A stretch of DNA of 64,000 nt from Blepharisma stoltei ATCC 30299 (lineage: Eukaryota; Protista; Ciliophora), in the NCBI GenBank assembly GCA_965603825.1, contig CBFDEM010000001.1, positions 434,001-498,000 on the forward strand. Direction: 5' to 3'. Below, one piece after another: positions 61,296-64,000 of the stretch. The notes beneath the pieces are model-generated. The model saw nothing but the letters and a program-made list of their open reading frames with translations, did not search any database and was not told the DNA's origin. The position numbers and the translations under genes are program-made. Each line of letters opens with the position of its first letter. Position 1 is the stretch's first letter.

Positions 61296-62366
61296 ATGCA
61301 TGATATTAGGATAGGAGGAAGATATCGAATTGGTAAAAAAATTGGAAGTGGATCATTTGGGGAAATTTTCTTGGGAATTGAAATTCAAACAAATGAAGAA
61401 GTTGCGATCAAACTAGAAAACATTAACACAAGGCACCCTCAATTGATTTATGAAAGCAAGCTTATAAAGCTCTTACAAGGAGGTCCTGGATTGCCAGGTG
61501 TTTTATGGTATGGAGTTGAAGGGAATTTTAATGTAATGGTGATGGATCTTCTAGGTCCTAGTTTAGAAGATCTTTTTAGCCTTTGCAGCAGAAGATTTAG
61601 CTTAAAAACAGTTCTTATGTTAGCGGATCAATTGATTTGTCGTGTGGAGTATGTTCATTCAAAAAGCTTTATCCACAGAGATATAAAGCCTGATAATTTT
61701 CTAATTGGGCTTGGAAAAAGAAGCAGCATTGTTCATATCATTGATTTTGGTCTAGCTAAAAAGTACAGAGACTTTAAGACACTTAAGCATATCCCTTATG
61801 TTGAAGGCAAAAGTTTAACAGGCACTGCAAGATATGCATCAATTAATGCTCATGTAGGAATCGAGCAAAGTAGAAGAGACGATTTAGAAGCAATTGGATA
61901 CGTTCTAATGTATTTCCTCAGAGGCTCATTGCCATGACAAGGAATTTCAGCTCACGGTAAACAAGAAAAATACCAAAAAATAAAGGAATCAAAAATGAGC
62001 ACTCCTGTGGATACATTATGTGAAGGGTATCCTAGAGAGTTCTCAATTTACATTAATTATTGCAGAAATTTGCAATTTGAAGACGCTCCTGATTATGCCT
62101 ATTTGAGAAGGCTATTTCGGGATTTATTTTTACAAGAAGGATATGAATACGATTATATGTTTGATTGGAATGCAATTAACGCTGTGCAAAAAACTCCGAG
62201 AAGAACACCGCAAAATGAAGAAACAAAGCATAATCTTGTCAATAATAGAGCACAGACATTCGGAAAAGCTGAGCTTGATAAGCATGAGCAAAAGCCAATA
62301 GATAGATCAAAAACTGCAGATAACAAAGCACAAGAAAAAAAGAAAACTAAATGTGCTATATTTTAA
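61296..62366 (+). CDS. Casein kinase 1 with C-terminal CaaX (356 aa)
   Basis: [36 protein letters not shown][TGA=W]QG; ends KKKTKCAIF. Confidence 0.96.
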
Positions 62367-62668
62367 TAAATTATTATAAATAGTTACTAATATATAACGA
62401 CAAATTTCTTATGAATTGTTAAATTTATATTAAATGAGAAATTTATTACCCTAAAGTACTTTAAAAATACTTCCTGACAGCTCAATTCTGCTATTCTAAT
62501 ATTATGAATATTATACAATATAAATAAATAGATTAAATCAGAAATGATTTTATAAATATTGATGCAAACTTTGGCAAACTTAAGAATTATGAAGCACAAT
62601 AAGAAATTCTTATAAATCAGCAATTCTTCTGTCATATTAATTATTAAAACATCAATAAAATCAATTTT

Positions 62669-64000
62669 TTAATCAATTTTTTCTTTTATCGAACTCCTTC
62701 CTGTCAAAATTTTAATGATTTCTGGCGACCTCATAATATCAATCAATTCATAGTACATTTCTTCTTCCTTCAACAAATCTCCAGTCATTCTGCTAATATG
62801 GACTGCAGTGCACATATTAATTAGTGGCTCAGAGTTTGGTATATCAGTTAAGACAATATTTTGAGCACCTCCTGACAGTGCCATTCTAAGCAGCCTCCCC
62901 GCCACATAAACTACTGAAATATAAAACGTCAGCACAGAAAAATCAAAAGTGGCAGGAGAATAATACTCCGATATCGTAATAAATGACAATCCTGAATTTT
63001 TCCCATCCGCATCAATCATTTCCCAATAAGAAAATTCATTTGTTATAGGAATTAATGAAAGAACCAGCTGACTTGTATGATGCTCTTCTAATAATACTTC
63101 TGGGGTAATTTTCGTCCCAGTGCTTGGCAGTTTAAAAATTTGGCGCTTTAAATCAGGGTAAATAAAAGTTTGGTTATGGTTCAAACAAATCATACTATTC
63201 AGATAAGTAATTTCTTCTTTGTCAAGGCTTGTTTGTGTAGATGTATATGTTCTCTGCTGAGTTGTTGGAAAATCTCTTACAAAAGTATAGCTGAGCTGCA
63301 TACTGATTTTTGTGTTTTTTGGTCCTAAGCCATCTACAAATGAATTGCAAAGCTGCAGCTTGCTTGGAGGTGCGATATCTCATATTGAATCTGATGTAGT
63401 CGGAATTGTAATTACTTGTGTGAGCTCTTTATCAGTGGCTTGAATTTCTTTTAAATCCTGCAAGCCCATTTGGTTTCATTCTGTATCTGTAACATCATGA
63501 ATATCAACTACTCTTGATGCTAAATATAATTTAAAATAATTATTGTCTTCAACTAAAATCCCAAACTCCAAGCCCATAGTTTTCACTTTATTCAGTTCTA
63601 TAATGGGATTTAAAGAGCTAAACAAGATAAGTGGGGTTAAAATCACTATTAAAATCAAAAACAAGCCGCAGCCACCTATAGCAAATTTTGATAAAAAATC
63701 CATTTTTTCGCCTCGTGGATGTTCTGCATAGCGTTTTTGGATACATTGTGTAATGTATAGCTGGGCGTGGATTTCTTCGAATTTTATCCATTGGAATAAG
63801 TCTAGGGCTGTAGGGGTGAAGGCTCAATCAATAATGGTGCGGAGCTCAAACATGAATGGAAATCCACGGTATATTTGGAATAAGATTTTACTTGGTCTTG
63901 ATGTGCTTCTCATTAGTGGAAATGACCCAGTTCTGAAGCTTGGCATTCCATATCGAATTTGCAAGGAAACAGTAATAAAATAAATCATATAAAGTACATA
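62669..64000 (-). CDS. Piezo mechanosensitive channel, C-terminal part (5'-partial)
   Basis: LQIRYG.P, PFMFELRTIID[TGA=W], QWIKFEEI, KF..GG, PLILFS, YYELIDIMRSPE. Confidence 0.92.

Noticed and set aside
1-64000. Interpreting the many TGA-interrupted ORFs as pseudogenes, selenoproteins or UGA=Cys
   Set aside because: The TGAs fall at conserved Trp positions, frames are otherwise intact, and a paralog has TGG at an aligned site.
1-64000. Prokaryotic features (CRISPR, operons, IS elements), rRNA, telomeric repeats
   Set aside because: None seen; gene content and spliceosomal introns are eukaryotic.

Overview
Gene-dense, AT-rich eukaryotic DNA, most likely the macronuclear genome of a heterotrich ciliate of the Blepharisma type (taxon is inferred). 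Two features seen in the sequence explain why the ORF track is fragmented. First, in-frame TGA encodes Trp: it sits at invariant Trp positions in CK1, PP2C, MORN, PH, PHR, FAR1, Piezo and ATAD5 motifs, and every reconstructed gene ends in TAA or TAG. Second, introns are only 15-16 nt (GTA...A-nnn-AG). Re-read this way, the window holds about 40 protein genes and one tRNA-Ile(TAT). Recognisable genes: ATAD5-like, MORN, bL36m, ANK-PH-AGC kinase, RPS2, CFAP161-calcyphosin, PP2C, DUSP, a degenerate allantoinase-like protein, CFAP97-like, M6PR/ATG27-like, kinase-Kelch, hybrid histidine kinase, RAP-like, DHHC, PH-PHR, DRG1, sorting nexin, SLC35, CEP85-like, FAR1-domain, CK1 and Piezo. The most unusual element is at about 21.9-32.1 kb: a ~4.9 kb cassette of three co-oriented orphan coiled-coil genes with hydrophobic segments (at least two of them ancient paralogs), tandemly duplicated as a unit, with divergence concentrated in the hydrophobic segments. 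It is a candidate tripartite membrane-active or recognition system. A tandem pair of large surface-protein paralogs lies at 39.8-48.2 kb; one is membrane-anchored and the other is frameshifted and lacks the anchor.
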